Of a stretch of DNA of 20,000 nucleotides, positions 7,665-16,558 are shown piece after piece; position 1 is the stretch's first letter, and every line of letters begins with the position of its first letter. Where the stretch lies: IMG/VR virus record IMGVR_UViG_3300035670_000133. The stretch is one strand, 5' to 3'. Made by a program: the position numbers and the translations under genes. The notes under the pieces were generated by a model. The model worked only from the letters and a program-made list of their open reading frames with translations, was not told the DNA's origin and ran no database searches. This DNA comes from an uncultured virus (IMG/VR IMGVR_UViG_3300035670_000133) (lineage: Duplodnaviria > Heunggongvirae > Uroviricota > Caudoviricetes).

Positions 7665-8161
7665 AGATGGTATGGATTGATACAGAATGGATTAGAGCAC
7701 CTGGAGCGCACAAAGTCACTTGATCTTAGTTTTGTCTTAAAGAATGCTTCGTAGACGAACCGCCGGGTGCGGGTCGACTGCCCATCATCCTCGCTGTAGG
7801 TGAAGCCCCGATCCTCGGGGTACTCCAGGTGAGCGTCGGGATCGATCAGCGGACGGTTGCGTTCCAGCCATGCGTGAAATCGTGCGGCACGACTAGAGCA
7901 AGCGGCCAGCTCGCCGCGACAGACCTCGCAGGCTTGCACCAGGTCGTGAGGCAGTCGGACGCGTTTGCGGAACTCGGCAGGTACTAATAGTGGCTCAGAC
8001 CGCCCGCAGAGGCAGCGCCATACGGATAAGTCCTGGTGATGCTCGATCTGCCAATGACCTCGGTGCTTCACTATCTCAGGAGCCCCCGTGGGGATCGTGG
8101 AAAGGGAGTCGTCGAGATCGAGAAGGCCGAGTAAGGCTACTGCTCTTAGGTTCAAGCCCAT
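7472..8161 (-). CDS. degenerate HNH/His-Cys zinc-binding nuclease-like protein with C-terminal HTH
   Basis: RRFVYEAF...VRSRCSNPFCINPYHL resembles HRVAYE...VxHxCxNxxCVNPxHL. Additional CLC and CEVC Zn-ligand pairs. C-terminal HTH-like LSLSTIQGIRAG. Confidence 0.7.
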   Translation of the reverse strand: MGLNLRAVALLGLLDLDDSLSTIPTGAPEIVKHRGHWQIEHHQDLSVWRCLCGRSEPLLVPAEFRKRVRLPHDLVQACEVCRGELAACSSRAARFHAWLERNRPLIDPDAHLEYPEDRGFTYSEDDGQSTRTRRFVYEAFFKTKLRSSDFVRSRCSNPFCINPYHLCITSTPNQKASPQIERTILHLQELGISAKITQRVILQKFEIKLSLSTIQGIRAGSKRLLATVV

Positions 8162-8184
8162 GACAAGTGTCGCAGGTTAGGCGC

Positions 8185-8193
8185 AGCATAACA
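8185..8193 (-). promoter_or_regulatory. extended -10 promoter (TGtTATGCT) for the minus-strand operon
   Basis: The reverse complement reads TGTTATGCT, with the hexamer 23 nt before the ATG at 8161. Confidence 0.5.
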
Positions 8194-8591
8194 CCGCAGG
8201 CGCATCAAAGCACATTAAAAGAGTAGGGAGCTCACCAGTGACACAGAGCGCACACAAGGAAAGTGGTTAGAGATTCCCTTTATTTTCTTTCTTTCTCTGA
8301 TAGCTGAGTCTCCAACAAGACTAGGTTGAGACAAGAGCTTTTATCTTTTTAGAGACATTTCCTTAATGGTTGCTTAGTAGTTTTCTAAGACTCTAACTTA
8401 ATACGTTTATCTAGATTCGACTCTAGTAATTTATCTTTTATTAGCTGTGCACAGATTGGTTGTAAGCAGGTAGTTTTACAAAAAGTTTTTGGGCGAGATT
8501 TTTTTGATGAGGGTTTTAAGGCATACGGCCAGCCCGTGGTTTACATAACTTCCTACAAGCGTATAGACTTTGTGAAACTTAGAGGTGTACT

Positions 8592-8759
8592 GTGACTAAA
8601 ACTACAGTCCGGCCTGTAGAAGAGCTTACTTGGGAAGCCTTGCGCAAGAAAGCTACAGTGCTCGGGATACCTGCTTGGCGCTTAGCTGAAAGCTTTGCTA
8701 CTCATGAGCGAAATGGTGAGCTTGTTTTCCGAGTATCTACGGATGATCTAAAGACGTAG
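8592..8759 (+). CDS. 55-aa ribbon-helix-helix-like small regulator (not in ORF track)
   Basis: GTG start after AGAGGT, with TAGACT 22 nt upstream. MTKTTVRPVEELTWEALRKKATVLGIPAWRLAESF... has the strand-helix-G-helix pattern of RHH proteins. Confidence 0.6.
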   Translation: MTKTTVRPVEELTWEALRKKATVLGIPAWRLAESFATHERNGELVFRVSTDDLKT

Positions 8760-8812
8760 AATTTAGACTCCCTCGGTTAAACTGGAGAATACGGGAGGGA
8801 CTACGTTTGTAA

Positions 8813-9706
8813 ATGACTGAGATCAACGTACCCGCCTGTCCCACTCACGGCGCACGGCCTCGGGCACTTCATAGCGAGTCGTTCCAGGGCATCGTCGAAG
8901 TCATTGAAGAACTTATCGGAACGGTTAGCGGCGTGGGCACCACCAGTTACTCTCGTTGTCCTTACGGGTACCCTTGGAATTTTGAAGGGGTTGTTCGCGC
9001 TCTTGAGGATTTAAATACCAGTATTAGTGGTATCTCCGGAGGCGGAGGAGGTAGTGCTAGTGGTATCGTTGCTGGTTCTGGAATTTATATAACTCAAAGC
9101 GGATCATTTGAAGTTATTAACGCAACAATTACGTCCGCCTCTGGATTAACTATTTCGGCTGGCTCAGGTATTTACCTTTCTGATGCCGGGACCAAGATTA
9201 ATCTCGATGCGCTCGGCACCGGCAGCGTCACTGTTCTGTACAGCGGAACTACAGCCATCATTAGCGGTACGGACACGCAAGGCGGCGGAGGAGGCGGCGG
9301 TTCTGCAGTTGTTATCTCCGGTGAACCAGGAACCGGATACAGCGCAGGAAGTCTTTGGTTCGATACCAATGAAGGACGGCTGTTTGTTTACGCGTCAGGA
9401 AACGGCGTCTCTGACCCCGCGTGGTATCAGACGAATGCTGAAGCGATCGCTTCTAAAGGCGAGGCACCTCCTTCTGGCACTGGTCTCAATGCTCCGCCCC
9501 GTGACGGCTCGATCTGGTTCAACAGCCTCATGGGCTCGCTGTTCGTCTATGACGCCGTGACGAGTGGTTGGTACGAAACCGGGCCTTCTAGAAGTTTTGC
9601 TTATGGGCCTGCTGCTCCGCCACCTAGCGCACAGGGTGCTGGCTGGTATGACAGCGCTAATAGTCATCTCCGAGTGTGGGATGGCAGCAACTGGATTCAG
9701 GTTTAA
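8813..9706 (+). CDS. tail-fibre-like virion protein
   Basis: AGSGIYI repeats, Gly linkers, and three G-x-(L/I/G)-W-(F/Y)-(D/N)...L-x-V-(Y/W)...W modules typical of fibre tips. Confidence 0.75.
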   Translation: MTEINVPACPTHGARPRALHSESFQGIVEVIEELIGTVSGVGTTSYSRCPYGYPWNFEGVVRALEDLNTSISGISGGGGGSASGIVAGSGIYITQSGSFEVINATITSASGLTISAGSGIYLSDAGTKINLDALGTGSVTVLYSGTTAIISGTDTQGGGGGGGSAVVISGEPGTGYSAGSLWFDTNEGRLFVYASGNGVSDPAWYQTNAEAIASKGEAPPSGTGLNAPPRDGSIWFNSLMGSLFVYDAVTSGWYETGPSRSFAYGPAAPPPSAQGAGWYDSANSHLRVWDGSNWIQV

Positions 9707-9731
9707 GCTCTAGCGGTTACTGCTTAGGCAC

Positions 9732-9857
9732 ATGGCCAAGCCCAAGAACACTCAACAGATCGAACGGAAGCCGAAGACCACTTCAATCGGGCACAGCGTT
9801 TTGTCGCGCCCCCGCCGACGCGGTAAAAAACGTTATCGCGGTCAAGGTAAGGGTTAA
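9732..9857 (+). CDS. 41-aa highly basic protein ending KKRYRGQGKG (not in ORF track)
   Basis: MAKPKNTQQIERKPKTTSIGHSVLSRPRRRGKKRYRGQGKG*. The C-terminal KKxYRGQG motif is recalled from small conserved phage proteins. The ORF fills the gap between two genes. Confidence 0.75.
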   Translation: MAKPKNTQQIERKPKTTSIGHSVLSRPRRRGKKRYRGQGKG

Positions 9858-9881
9858 ACTATAAATAAATAGTGGGCTGCA

Positions 9882-10361
9882 ATGGCGATCGCAAGTTTTA
9901 GAGCTGGTGAGACCATTGCAGCCGGTGATGCGGTGTATGTTGGCTCAAACGGGCTGATCTACAAAGCCAGTGCCTTAAACACGACGCAAGCCAGCGTGGG
10001 TGGCATCGCTATTGATGGTGGTTCTGCAGGTGACTTGATCCGGGTCAACGCTGACGCGATTTACAGCGGTCTTAGTGGTTTAACCACTAATGAATACCAA
10101 TATCTTTCTATTACTACCTCCGGTGCTCTTGTTGACTATGCAGGTTGGTCTGCAGAGTTAGCCACTGTTACTGCTGATGGTTATCTGACTAACGTCGGTC
10201 GCGCCACCAGTCCCAGCACGCTTGCTGTTGAGATCCAACCACCAGTTTTGGTTGTTAACCCGACTTCAGTGCTGTTACTCGAATCCAGTACTGGCTTAAC
10301 GATTGATGCTATCCTGTTAGAGGATGGATCAACGATTGATCTAGAAACCGCTTCCGTGTAA
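9882..10361 (+). CDS. capsid cement/decoration-like protein (DUF2190-like)
   Basis: F-x-AGETIAAGDAVYV...GIA...G..I.V...GLT....YLS...G...VGRA.S...L.VEIQPP pattern. Confidence 0.6.
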   Translation: MAIASFRAGETIAAGDAVYVGSNGLIYKASALNTTQASVGGIAIDGGSAGDLIRVNADAIYSGLSGLTTNEYQYLSITTSGALVDYAGWSAELATVTADGYLTNVGRATSPSTLAVEIQPPVLVVNPTSVLLLESSTGLTIDAILLEDGSTIDLETASV

Positions 10362-10366
10362 TCGCG

Positions 10367-11008
10367 ATGGCAAGTCAGAAGATCTCACAACTGACAGCGA
10401 TTACAACAGTCGCTAGTGGTGACTATTTTCCTATTGTACGCGCCTCAGGCACTACGAACCAACGTGTTGAAGTTGGTGTACTGGATGCTCGCTATACTTT
10501 GGCCGCAAGCGGCGTAGCCGCGCAGAGTACAGCGAATACAGCGCTTGCTTCGGGTAACGCTGCTTTAGTTTCTTCCAGTACTGCTTTATCTCCTGGTAAC
10601 TCTGCTTTAGTTTCTTCCAGTACTGCTTTAGCTTCCGGCAACGCAGCTCTTTCTGCTGTCGGTTCTAGATACGCTATTTCCGGCGGTCTAATTGACGGCC
10701 AGATGCGGAATGTTATTACCGCACTTGGTTTAAACGGCAGTGGCATTCCCTGCGCGTCAGGTAATTACTTTACAGCGATTATTAGCGGTAACTCCTCCGT
10801 GTATTTCACTGGGGTTCCCTCCGCTGCTTACAGCCTTACTTACGAAGTGCGTCATGATACTGGCACTATAACTTGGCCTGGCGCGGTCACATGGCCTAAC
10901 GCGACTGCTCCTACTTTATCGACGGGTAAGACACATTTATTTATGTTCGTCACGGATGACAGCGGTACATCTTGGCGAGCATCTTCTTTAATTAACTACA
11001 CTACTTAA
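10367..11008 (+). CDS. fibre-like virion protein
   Basis: KISQLTAIT...DYFPIV N-terminus, ALASGNAAL repeats, and C-terminal ITWPGAVTWP..TAPTL.TGKTHLFMF.T.DSGTSW domain common in phage fibres. Confidence 0.75.
   Translation: MASQKISQLTAITTVASGDYFPIVRASGTTNQRVEVGVLDARYTLAASGVAAQSTANTALASGNAALVSSSTALSPGNSALVSSSTALASGNAALSAVGSRYAISGGLIDGQMRNVITALGLNGSGIPCASGNYFTAIISGNSSVYFTGVPSAAYSLTYEVRHDTGTITWPGAVTWPNATAPTLSTGKTHLFMFVTDDSGTSWRASSLINYTT
10560..10630 (+). repeat. 42-bp-period in-frame direct repeat (29 bp identical)
   Basis: CTGCTTTAGTTTCTTCCAGTACTGCTTTA at 10560 and 10602. Confidence 0.9.
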
Positions 11009-11013
11009 TATAA

Positions 11014-12924
11014 ATGGATCCCACTACTTTAAGGAACATGATGGGCTCTGCGGGTGCAGCTAGCCCAGCTTACATCGAAGATGTCTTCAGCACCTGGCTT
11101 TATACCGGCAACAGCAGCACGCAGACAATCACGAATGGGATTGATTTGAGTGGTAAAGGGGGACTGGTTTGGTGCAAAGCAAGATCGGCGGCATATAGGC
11201 ACGAATTAGTTGATACAGCGAGAGGAGGAGGCAATAAGCTTGAGAGTCAAAGTACAGCCGCCCAGGCAACAGGCGGCAGCGACATTACAGGCTTTACTTC
11301 ATCTGGTTTTACACTTGGAAATGTTTCCGGAGAAGTTAATTTTAGTGGGGCTACGAATGCCTCCTGGACCTTCCGCAAGGCGGCGAAGTTCTTTGATGTG
11401 GTGACTTATACGGGGAATGGCACTGATCAGCGTGCAATCAGCCACAACCTTGGCAGCACACCTGGCTTCTTTATCGTCAAACGTACCGATAGCACTGGCA
11501 ACTGGAACTGCTATCACCGCTCCCGTGGCAAGGACAAATCACTACGTCTGAACCTAACTGATGCAGAAGTAGCCAATACCGATCCAACCTGGAATGGGAT
11601 GTGGGGCGGCGAGCCTACTTCTACAACATTCACAGTCAATAACAGCACTAACTCGTGCAACACGAACGGCGCCACGTACGTCGCCTACTTATTCGCGCAC
11701 GACGCTGGCGGGTTTGGCGATAGCGGCAATGACAGTGTGGTGAAGTGTGGGAGCTTTACGACGGATGGGAGTGGCAACGCCACGGTAAATCTTGGGTGGG
11801 AGCCGCAATGGTTGTTGGTTAAGCAAAGTGCTGCAGCAAGTGATTGGCTTTTAATTGATGTCATGCGCGGCGCTTCTCAAACTGGTGTATATCCTTTAAG
11901 TGCCAATTCTGCTGCTGCAGAAAACCCATCAACAGGCGGCCCGTATTGGGTGCCGACCTCAACCGGATTTAGCACTACTTCTTATTGGGCAAGTGCGACT
12001 GCAATCTACATCGCCATCCGCCGTGGGCCGATGAAGACGCCCACCGATGCCACGAAGGTGTTTAGCGCCGTGTTAACCACATCGCAACCGATGAGCATTG
12101 GTTTCCCGACAGACTTACATATTGATTGCCAACCAGGAGTAGATAGCTCTAAATACTGGGTTCCTAGATTAACTAACGGCTACATGAGTTCCACTTCTAC
12201 GGGCTCTGAAAGCGCTGGAGCTACATACTTTAAGTTTGACCTGCAGAATAGTTTTAGCACAGGTAGTTTTTGGGGTAGTGCTCAAACTATTAATTGGCAG
12301 TTCCGCCGCGCCCCCGGCTACTTCGACGTGGTGGCTTATACGGGCACAGGCGTAGCGCGCACTGTAAGCCACAATCTTGGCGTGGCGCCGGAGTTGATGA
12401 TTGTTAAATCTAGAAGCAATGCCTCTTCTTGGATTGTCTATAGTGCGACCCTGGGCAATAATAATTGGCTGGCTTTAAATAGTGTTGACGCGCAACTCGG
12501 CGCAACTGCAATGTGGAATACAACAACTCCGACAGCAAGTGTATTTAGTACGGGAGGAGCGGTTGCAACAAACCTTTCTGGTTACACCTACATCGCCTAC
12601 CTCTTTGCCACCTGCCCCGGCGTGAGCAAAGTCGGCAACTACACCGGCACTGGCACCACCAAACAAATTGACTGCGGCTTCACGGCCGGCGCACGGTTTG
12701 TGTTAATTAAGCGCACTGATTCTACAGGTGATTGGTACGTTTGGGATAGCGCCAGAGGTATTGTTGCTGGTAACGATCCCTACCTACTTTTAAATAGCAC
12801 CGCAGCTGAAGTCACCAGCACTGATTACGTAGATACGTACAGCGCTGGTTTTGAAATTAGCTCAACAGCTCCCGCCGCAATTAACGCTAACGGCGGTTCT
12901 TATATTTATCTTTCAGTGGCGTAG
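11014..12924 (+). CDS. large virion/tail-associated protein with repeated YTG(N/T)G...HNLG..P...IVK domains
   Basis: Several copies of the VVxYTGxG...ISHNLG..P...IVK.R module, recalled as common in aquatic phage virion proteins. Followed by a tail assembly chaperone. Confidence 0.75.
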   Translation: MDPTTLRNMMGSAGAASPAYIEDVFSTWLYTGNSSTQTITNGIDLSGKGGLVWCKARSAAYRHELVDTARGGGNKLESQSTAAQATGGSDITGFTSSGFTLGNVSGEVNFSGATNASWTFRKAAKFFDVVTYTGNGTDQRAISHNLGSTPGFFIVKRTDSTGNWNCYHRSRGKDKSLRLNLTDAEVANTDPTWNGMWGGEPTSTTFTVNNSTNSCNTNGATYVAYLFAHDAGGFGDSGNDSVVKCGSFTTDGSGNATVNLGWEPQWLLVKQSAAASDWLLIDVMRGASQTGVYPLSANSAAAENPSTGGPYWVPTSTGFSTTSYWASATAIYIAIRRGPMKTPTDATKVFSAVLTTSQPMSIGFPTDLHIDCQPGVDSSKYWVPRLTNGYMSSTSTGSESAGATYFKFDLQNSFSTGSFWGSAQTINWQFRRAPGYFDVVAYTGTGVARTVSHNLGVAPELMIVKSRSNASSWIVYSATLGNNNWLALNSVDAQLGATAMWNTTTPTASVFSTGGAVATNLSGYTYIAYLFATCPGVSKVGNYTGTGTTKQIDCGFTAGARFVLIKRTDSTGDWYVWDSARGIVAGNDPYLLLNSTAAEVTSTDYVDTYSAGFEISSTAPAAINANGGSYIYLSVA

Positions 12925-12926
12925 AC

Positions 12927-13478
12927 ATGGCAACCAAAGACCCCTTCCGCAAGGCATACACACAACAAAAGAGCAACGTGCGACAGCGTGGACTTGAAAT
13001 GCGATTGACTTTTGAGGAGTGGAAGCAGATCTGGCTTGATTCTGGATACTGGGAAGAGCGAGGTCGCGGCTCTTGCAAATACTGCATGATGCGTAGAGGT
13101 GATCAAGGTCATTACGAAATCGGCAATGTTTTTATTGGAACTAATGCCCAGAATGTAAGCGATGGCAATTTGGGCAAGCCTGACACTGAAGAGACCAAAC
13201 GCAAAAAGTCCGAAGCGCTTAGTGGCCAGCCAAAGCTATGGGCTCGTGGCAACGGCAACCCGAGGCACCGCCCAGAAGTTAAAAAGAAAATCTCTGCTGC
13301 TATTGGCGGCGGAAAGCACTACAGCGCACGAAAAGTTGTTACCCCGTTTGGAGAATTTGATTCGGGCGCGACAGCAGCAGAAGTGTTAGGTATCCCTAGG
13401 CCCACAGTTTACTGGCGATGTAGTCGTTCTTGGAAAGGTTGGACCTATGCTGAACCTGAGGATCTTGCTGTAGCATAG
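12927..13478 (+). mobile_element. free-standing HNH-type homing endonuclease with NUMOD3/NUMOD1-like DNA-binding motifs
   Basis: Nuclease core RGLEMRLTFEEW...CMMRRGDQGHYEIGNVFIGTNAQN. NUMOD3-like TEETKRKKSEAL and RPEVKKKISAA. C-terminal FDSGATAAEVLGIPRPTV HTH. Sits inside a structural operon. Confidence 0.8.
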
Positions 13479-13482
13479 ACTT

Positions 13483-13992
13483 ATGGAACTACGTATTCGC
13501 GCTACGGGTGAAGTCGTATCGGAACAGCAGTTCCGTAGCTTGTACCCGCATACTTCATTCCCCGAGGTTTTAACACCGGGCATCCTAGATGGGTTTGGTG
13601 TTGATCCCGTCTTTGAAGGCCCGCAAGTTACCACAATCCCGCCGTATCAGTACAGCCAGCGCGACGGCGTGGTTGAAATCGACGGTAAGTGGTACACCCA
13701 TTACATCGCTGGTCCTGTGTTCAAGGACTACGTAGACGATCAAGGTGTTACACACACCGCCGCTGAACAGTACGAAGCTTACTGCTTCGACAAAGATGCA
13801 CAGCAAGCTGACGTTGTTCGAGCTGATCGCAACCGCCGTCTTGCTGAGTGCGATTGGACTCAGTTAGCCGATAGCCCGCTGGATCCCGATGGTAAAGGCG
13901 CATGGGCGCTGTATCGCGAAACCCTGCGTATGGTGCCTCAGCAACCTGGATTCCCTTGGGAGATTCAGTGGCCACCAGTTCCCGGAAGCTGA
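13483..13992 (+). CDS. phage tail (fibre) assembly chaperone
   Basis: C-terminal VRADRNRRLAECDWTQLADSP...WALYRETLRMVPQQPGFPWEIQWP motif. Confidence 0.85.
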   Translation: MELRIRATGEVVSEQQFRSLYPHTSFPEVLTPGILDGFGVDPVFEGPQVTTIPPYQYSQRDGVVEIDGKWYTHYIAGPVFKDYVDDQGVTHTAAEQYEAYCFDKDAQQADVVRADRNRRLAECDWTQLADSPLDPDGKGAWALYRETLRMVPQQPGFPWEIQWPPVPGS

Positions 13993-14081
13993 TGTTGACG
14001 GTTTTAGGGATCGGGTCGCTGGGATTCTTATTGCTGATGGGCTATAGCTTCATGGCGATTAACCCCCGTGAAGACGACTGA
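13992..14081 (+). CDS. 29-aa single-pass membrane microprotein (not in ORF track)
   Basis: TGATG-coupled to the upstream stop. MLTVLGIGSLGFLLLMGYSFMAINPREDD* is one hydrophobic helix plus an acidic tail. Confidence 0.55.
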   Translation: MLTVLGIGSLGFLLLMGYSFMAINPREDD

Positions 14082-14129
14082 GTTCAGGACCTCAGTTATA
14101 ATTTAAATACTGAAGTCCGTGCTCTCCGA

Positions 14130-14633
14130 ATGACTGAAAGAGCCATATTTAATAGGAAGTACACTTCATTTACCCCGGCGGGTACTCAGGTTTGGCTTAC
14201 GAATGGGGCCGGTGTAACGACTAGCGCGGCATCGACTCAGGATTTTACGGCTGGCGCCAACCTGATTCAGGGCCAGGTCGTGTATGTTAGCGGTACATAT
14301 GTACTTCCAGCATCCGCTGCTAGCGGCGTGTCGCCTGATCAATATCAAGCCATCGGTATCACCGCCGCCGCTGCTTCGGCTTCGAGCACCGTGGCTGTGA
14401 ATTTGGATGATATCGCTGTTGTTAGTGACGCCAATATCACCGCCGATTCGGTCCTGGTTCCGGGTGCCTTCTACTATTTATCTCAGTACGACGGTCAGTT
14501 GACGCGCTACAGCACTGCATCTGGCACCGTTACCGCCGCTAGCGGTTACGCAGCACTTGTCAATCTCGGTTTAGCGCTCAGCACTACTGAGTTGCACGTT
14601 GAGATCCAGCCCCCCGTGGACCTCTTTAGCTAG
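14130..14633 (+). CDS. capsid cement/decoration-like protein, paralogue of 9882..10361
   Basis: FTAGANLIQGQVVYV...AIGIT...LVPGAFYYLS...LGLALSTTELHVEIQPP shares the VEIQPP ending and overall layout with 9882..10361. Confidence 0.6.
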   Translation: MTERAIFNRKYTSFTPAGTQVWLTNGAGVTTSAASTQDFTAGANLIQGQVVYVSGTYVLPASAASGVSPDQYQAIGITAAAASASSTVAVNLDDIAVVSDANITADSVLVPGAFYYLSQYDGQLTRYSTASGTVTAASGYAALVNLGLALSTTELHVEIQPPVDLFS

Positions 14634-14658
14634 GTCTCGTATTTATTGAGGTTTTGCC

Positions 14659-16524
14659 ATGGTTACCCGTCGCCCTCTTGTCGTTCAAGATGGTTATGTC
14701 GCTGAGCTTCCTGTTGGCGATACGGTAACTGCTGGCACTTCGACGACTGAAGTTGTTGCTGGTAGTGGTTTAGTCGGTGGCGGCTCGGTTTCCAACAGCC
14801 CCCGTCTCGATTTGGCCTTGGCGCCGAACCCGAGTGGTGTTATTTACGTTGGTGATGCGCTGGGTCTCGACGGTGCTGCTCAGATTTCTGCTGATATTGC
14901 TTTAGCCAGTGGCTCTGCTGCTGCAGTTCTTGCTGATTCGGCGCTGGCTAGCGGAAATGCGTCCTTGGCGACGGCTAATGCTGCACTTGCGTCAGGTAAT
15001 GCTGCACTGGCTTTAGTTCCGACTCTTGGCGGCGGTGGCGGCGGCACGGTTGCTCGGTTCACAGCTGCGAGTGCTGTTGCGTCTGGGTATGTGGTTGGTG
15101 TTGACGATGCTGGGAAAGTACAGAGTGTTAGGGCGGCAGTTACGGATAACAGTAATCCGATGAGTTTTCCTAGTGCTGCAGTTGTTTTTGAGTCTGCCGG
15201 TGTTAACCCAACTTCTATAACTTACGACTCTACTAACGATCGAGTTGTCATTGCCTATCGAGATGTTGGCAACTCTTTTTCCGGTACCGCTGTTGTTGGA
15301 AGCGTTTCCGGTACATCTATTTCCTTCGGTACTCCCATCGTTTTTCGTTCATCTAACTCCCCTTACATTTCTACTGTTTACGACTCTACTAATAACCGAG
15401 TCGTTATTGCTTACCAAGGCAACTCCAGTTACGGCACCGCGATCGTTGGTACCGTCTCCGGTACATCCATCTCTTTCGGCACCGCTGTCGTTTTCGAATC
15501 TGCTTCCTCTTCTTGGATCTCTACCACCTACGACTCCACTAACAACCGAGTTGTTATCGCTTATCGAGACGAAGCTAACTCCAACTATGGCACTGCGATT
15601 GTCGGAACAGTTTCTGGTACATCTATTTCCTTCGGCACCGCTGTCGTTTTCGAGTCTGCTAATCTCTTCTACGTATCCGCCACTTACAACGCCACCAATA
15701 ACCGAGTAGTTATTGCTTATTCAGACGTCGGCAACTCCTATTACGGCACTGCCATTGTCGGCACAGTATCCGGTACATCCATTTCATTCGGCACTGCTGT
15801 CGTTTTTGAATCTGCTACCAGTGAAAACATCTCTACCACCTACGATTCCACCAACAACCGAGTCGTTATTGCCTATTCAGATGCCGGCAACTCCAGCTAC
15901 GGTACGGCCATTGTTGGCACAGTATCCGGTACATCCATTTCATTTGGCACTGCTGTCGTTTTTGAAACCGCAGTTACAGGTTTTATTTCTGTATCTTATG
16001 ATTCTGCTAATTCTAAAGTTGTTATAGCTTATAAAGACAGTGGAAACTCTGGTTATGGCACCACAATAGTAGGTACTGTTTCTGGCACCTCAATATCTTT
16101 TGGGAGTGCCGCAGTTTTTGAATCTGCTGCCTCTAACTATAACTCTATAACGTACGCTTCTGGTCCCAACAAATTTGTTATTTCTTATGCGGATACCGCT
16201 AACTCTGATTATGGAACCGCTATTGTATCAAATTCTCTCATTTCCTACTCCTACACCCCAACCCTAAACTCTTACCCCAACGTTCTCGGCGTAGCCCAAT
16301 CCACCGTGGCGAGCGGCTCGACTTGTCTCGTCAATTTGCCAGGAACCCTGTACAACGACCCCGCCGCGAGTTTGACGCCCGGCGCGTTTTACTACGCCAA
16401 CCCAACCACCAGCGGCATCACAACAACTTCAACCAAACCGACGTCGTGGAACGGGCAGGTTCCTTGGAACTACATCGGTCGCGCTGTAACTTCAAGCGGC
16501 TTGATGTTGCTTAAGTCAATTTGA
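14659..16524 (+). CDS. virion protein with 7 x ~52-aa repeats (predicted beta-propeller) inserted in a cement-like domain, paralogue 1
   Basis: Seven FGTAVVFESA...YDSTNNRVVIAY...YGTAIVGTVSGTSIS units, flanked by the split cement-like halves. Confidence 0.8.
   Translation: MVTRRPLVVQDGYVAELPVGDTVTAGTSTTEVVAGSGLVGGGSVSNSPRLDLALAPNPSGVIYVGDALGLDGAAQISADIALASGSAAAVLADSALASGNASLATANAALASGNAALALVPTLGGGGGGTVARFTAASAVASGYVVGVDDAGKVQSVRAAVTDNSNPMSFPSAAVVFESAGVNPTSITYDSTNDRVVIAYRDVGNSFSGTAVVGSVSGTSISFGTPIVFRSSNSPYISTVYDSTNNRVVIAYQGNSSYGTAIVGTVSGTSISFGTAVVFESASSSWISTTYDSTNNRVVIAYRDEANSNYGTAIVGTVSGTSISFGTAVVFESANLFYVSATYNATNNRVVIAYSDVGNSYYGTAIVGTVSGTSISFGTAVVFESATSENISTTYDSTNNRVVIAYSDAGNSSYGTAIVGTVSGTSISFGTAVVFETAVTGFISVSYDSANSKVVIAYKDSGNSGYGTTIVGTVSGTSISFGSAAVFESAASNYNSITYASGPNKFVISYADTANSDYGTAIVSNSLISYSYTPTLNSYPNVLGVAQSTVASGSTCLVNLPGTLYNDPAASLTPGAFYYANPTTSGITTTSTKPTSWNGQVPWNYIGRAVTSSGLMLLKSI
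15166..16230 (+). repeat. ~156-bp degenerate tandem repeat array, 7 units
   Basis: Counted from the translation. Unit 2 is 50 aa. Confidence 0.9.
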
Positions 16525-16558
16525 CCCGAGTTAGAGTATCTTTAGGAACTGATTAGTC

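Noticed and set aside
8461..8480. NtcA box
   Set aside because: The palindrome is TGTAA-N10-TTACA, not the GTA-N8-TAC spacing.
9172..9864. ORFs 9172..9369, 9183..9560, 9395..9667 and 9676..9864
   Set aside because: Nested in the fibre gene or overlapping the better-supported 41-aa basic ORF at 9732..9857.
9860..9867. T4-type late promoter TATAAATA
   Set aside because: Only one intergenic instance noticed. The adjacent TAAACT fits the recurrent -10 box spacing better.
15245..16027. Alternative-frame ORFs 15245..15709 and 15713..16027 (also 16323..16514, 17384..17698, 19335..19790)
   Set aside because: Shadow frames of the repeat genes. The Leu/Pro-rich translations reflect T/C-ending codons of the real frame.
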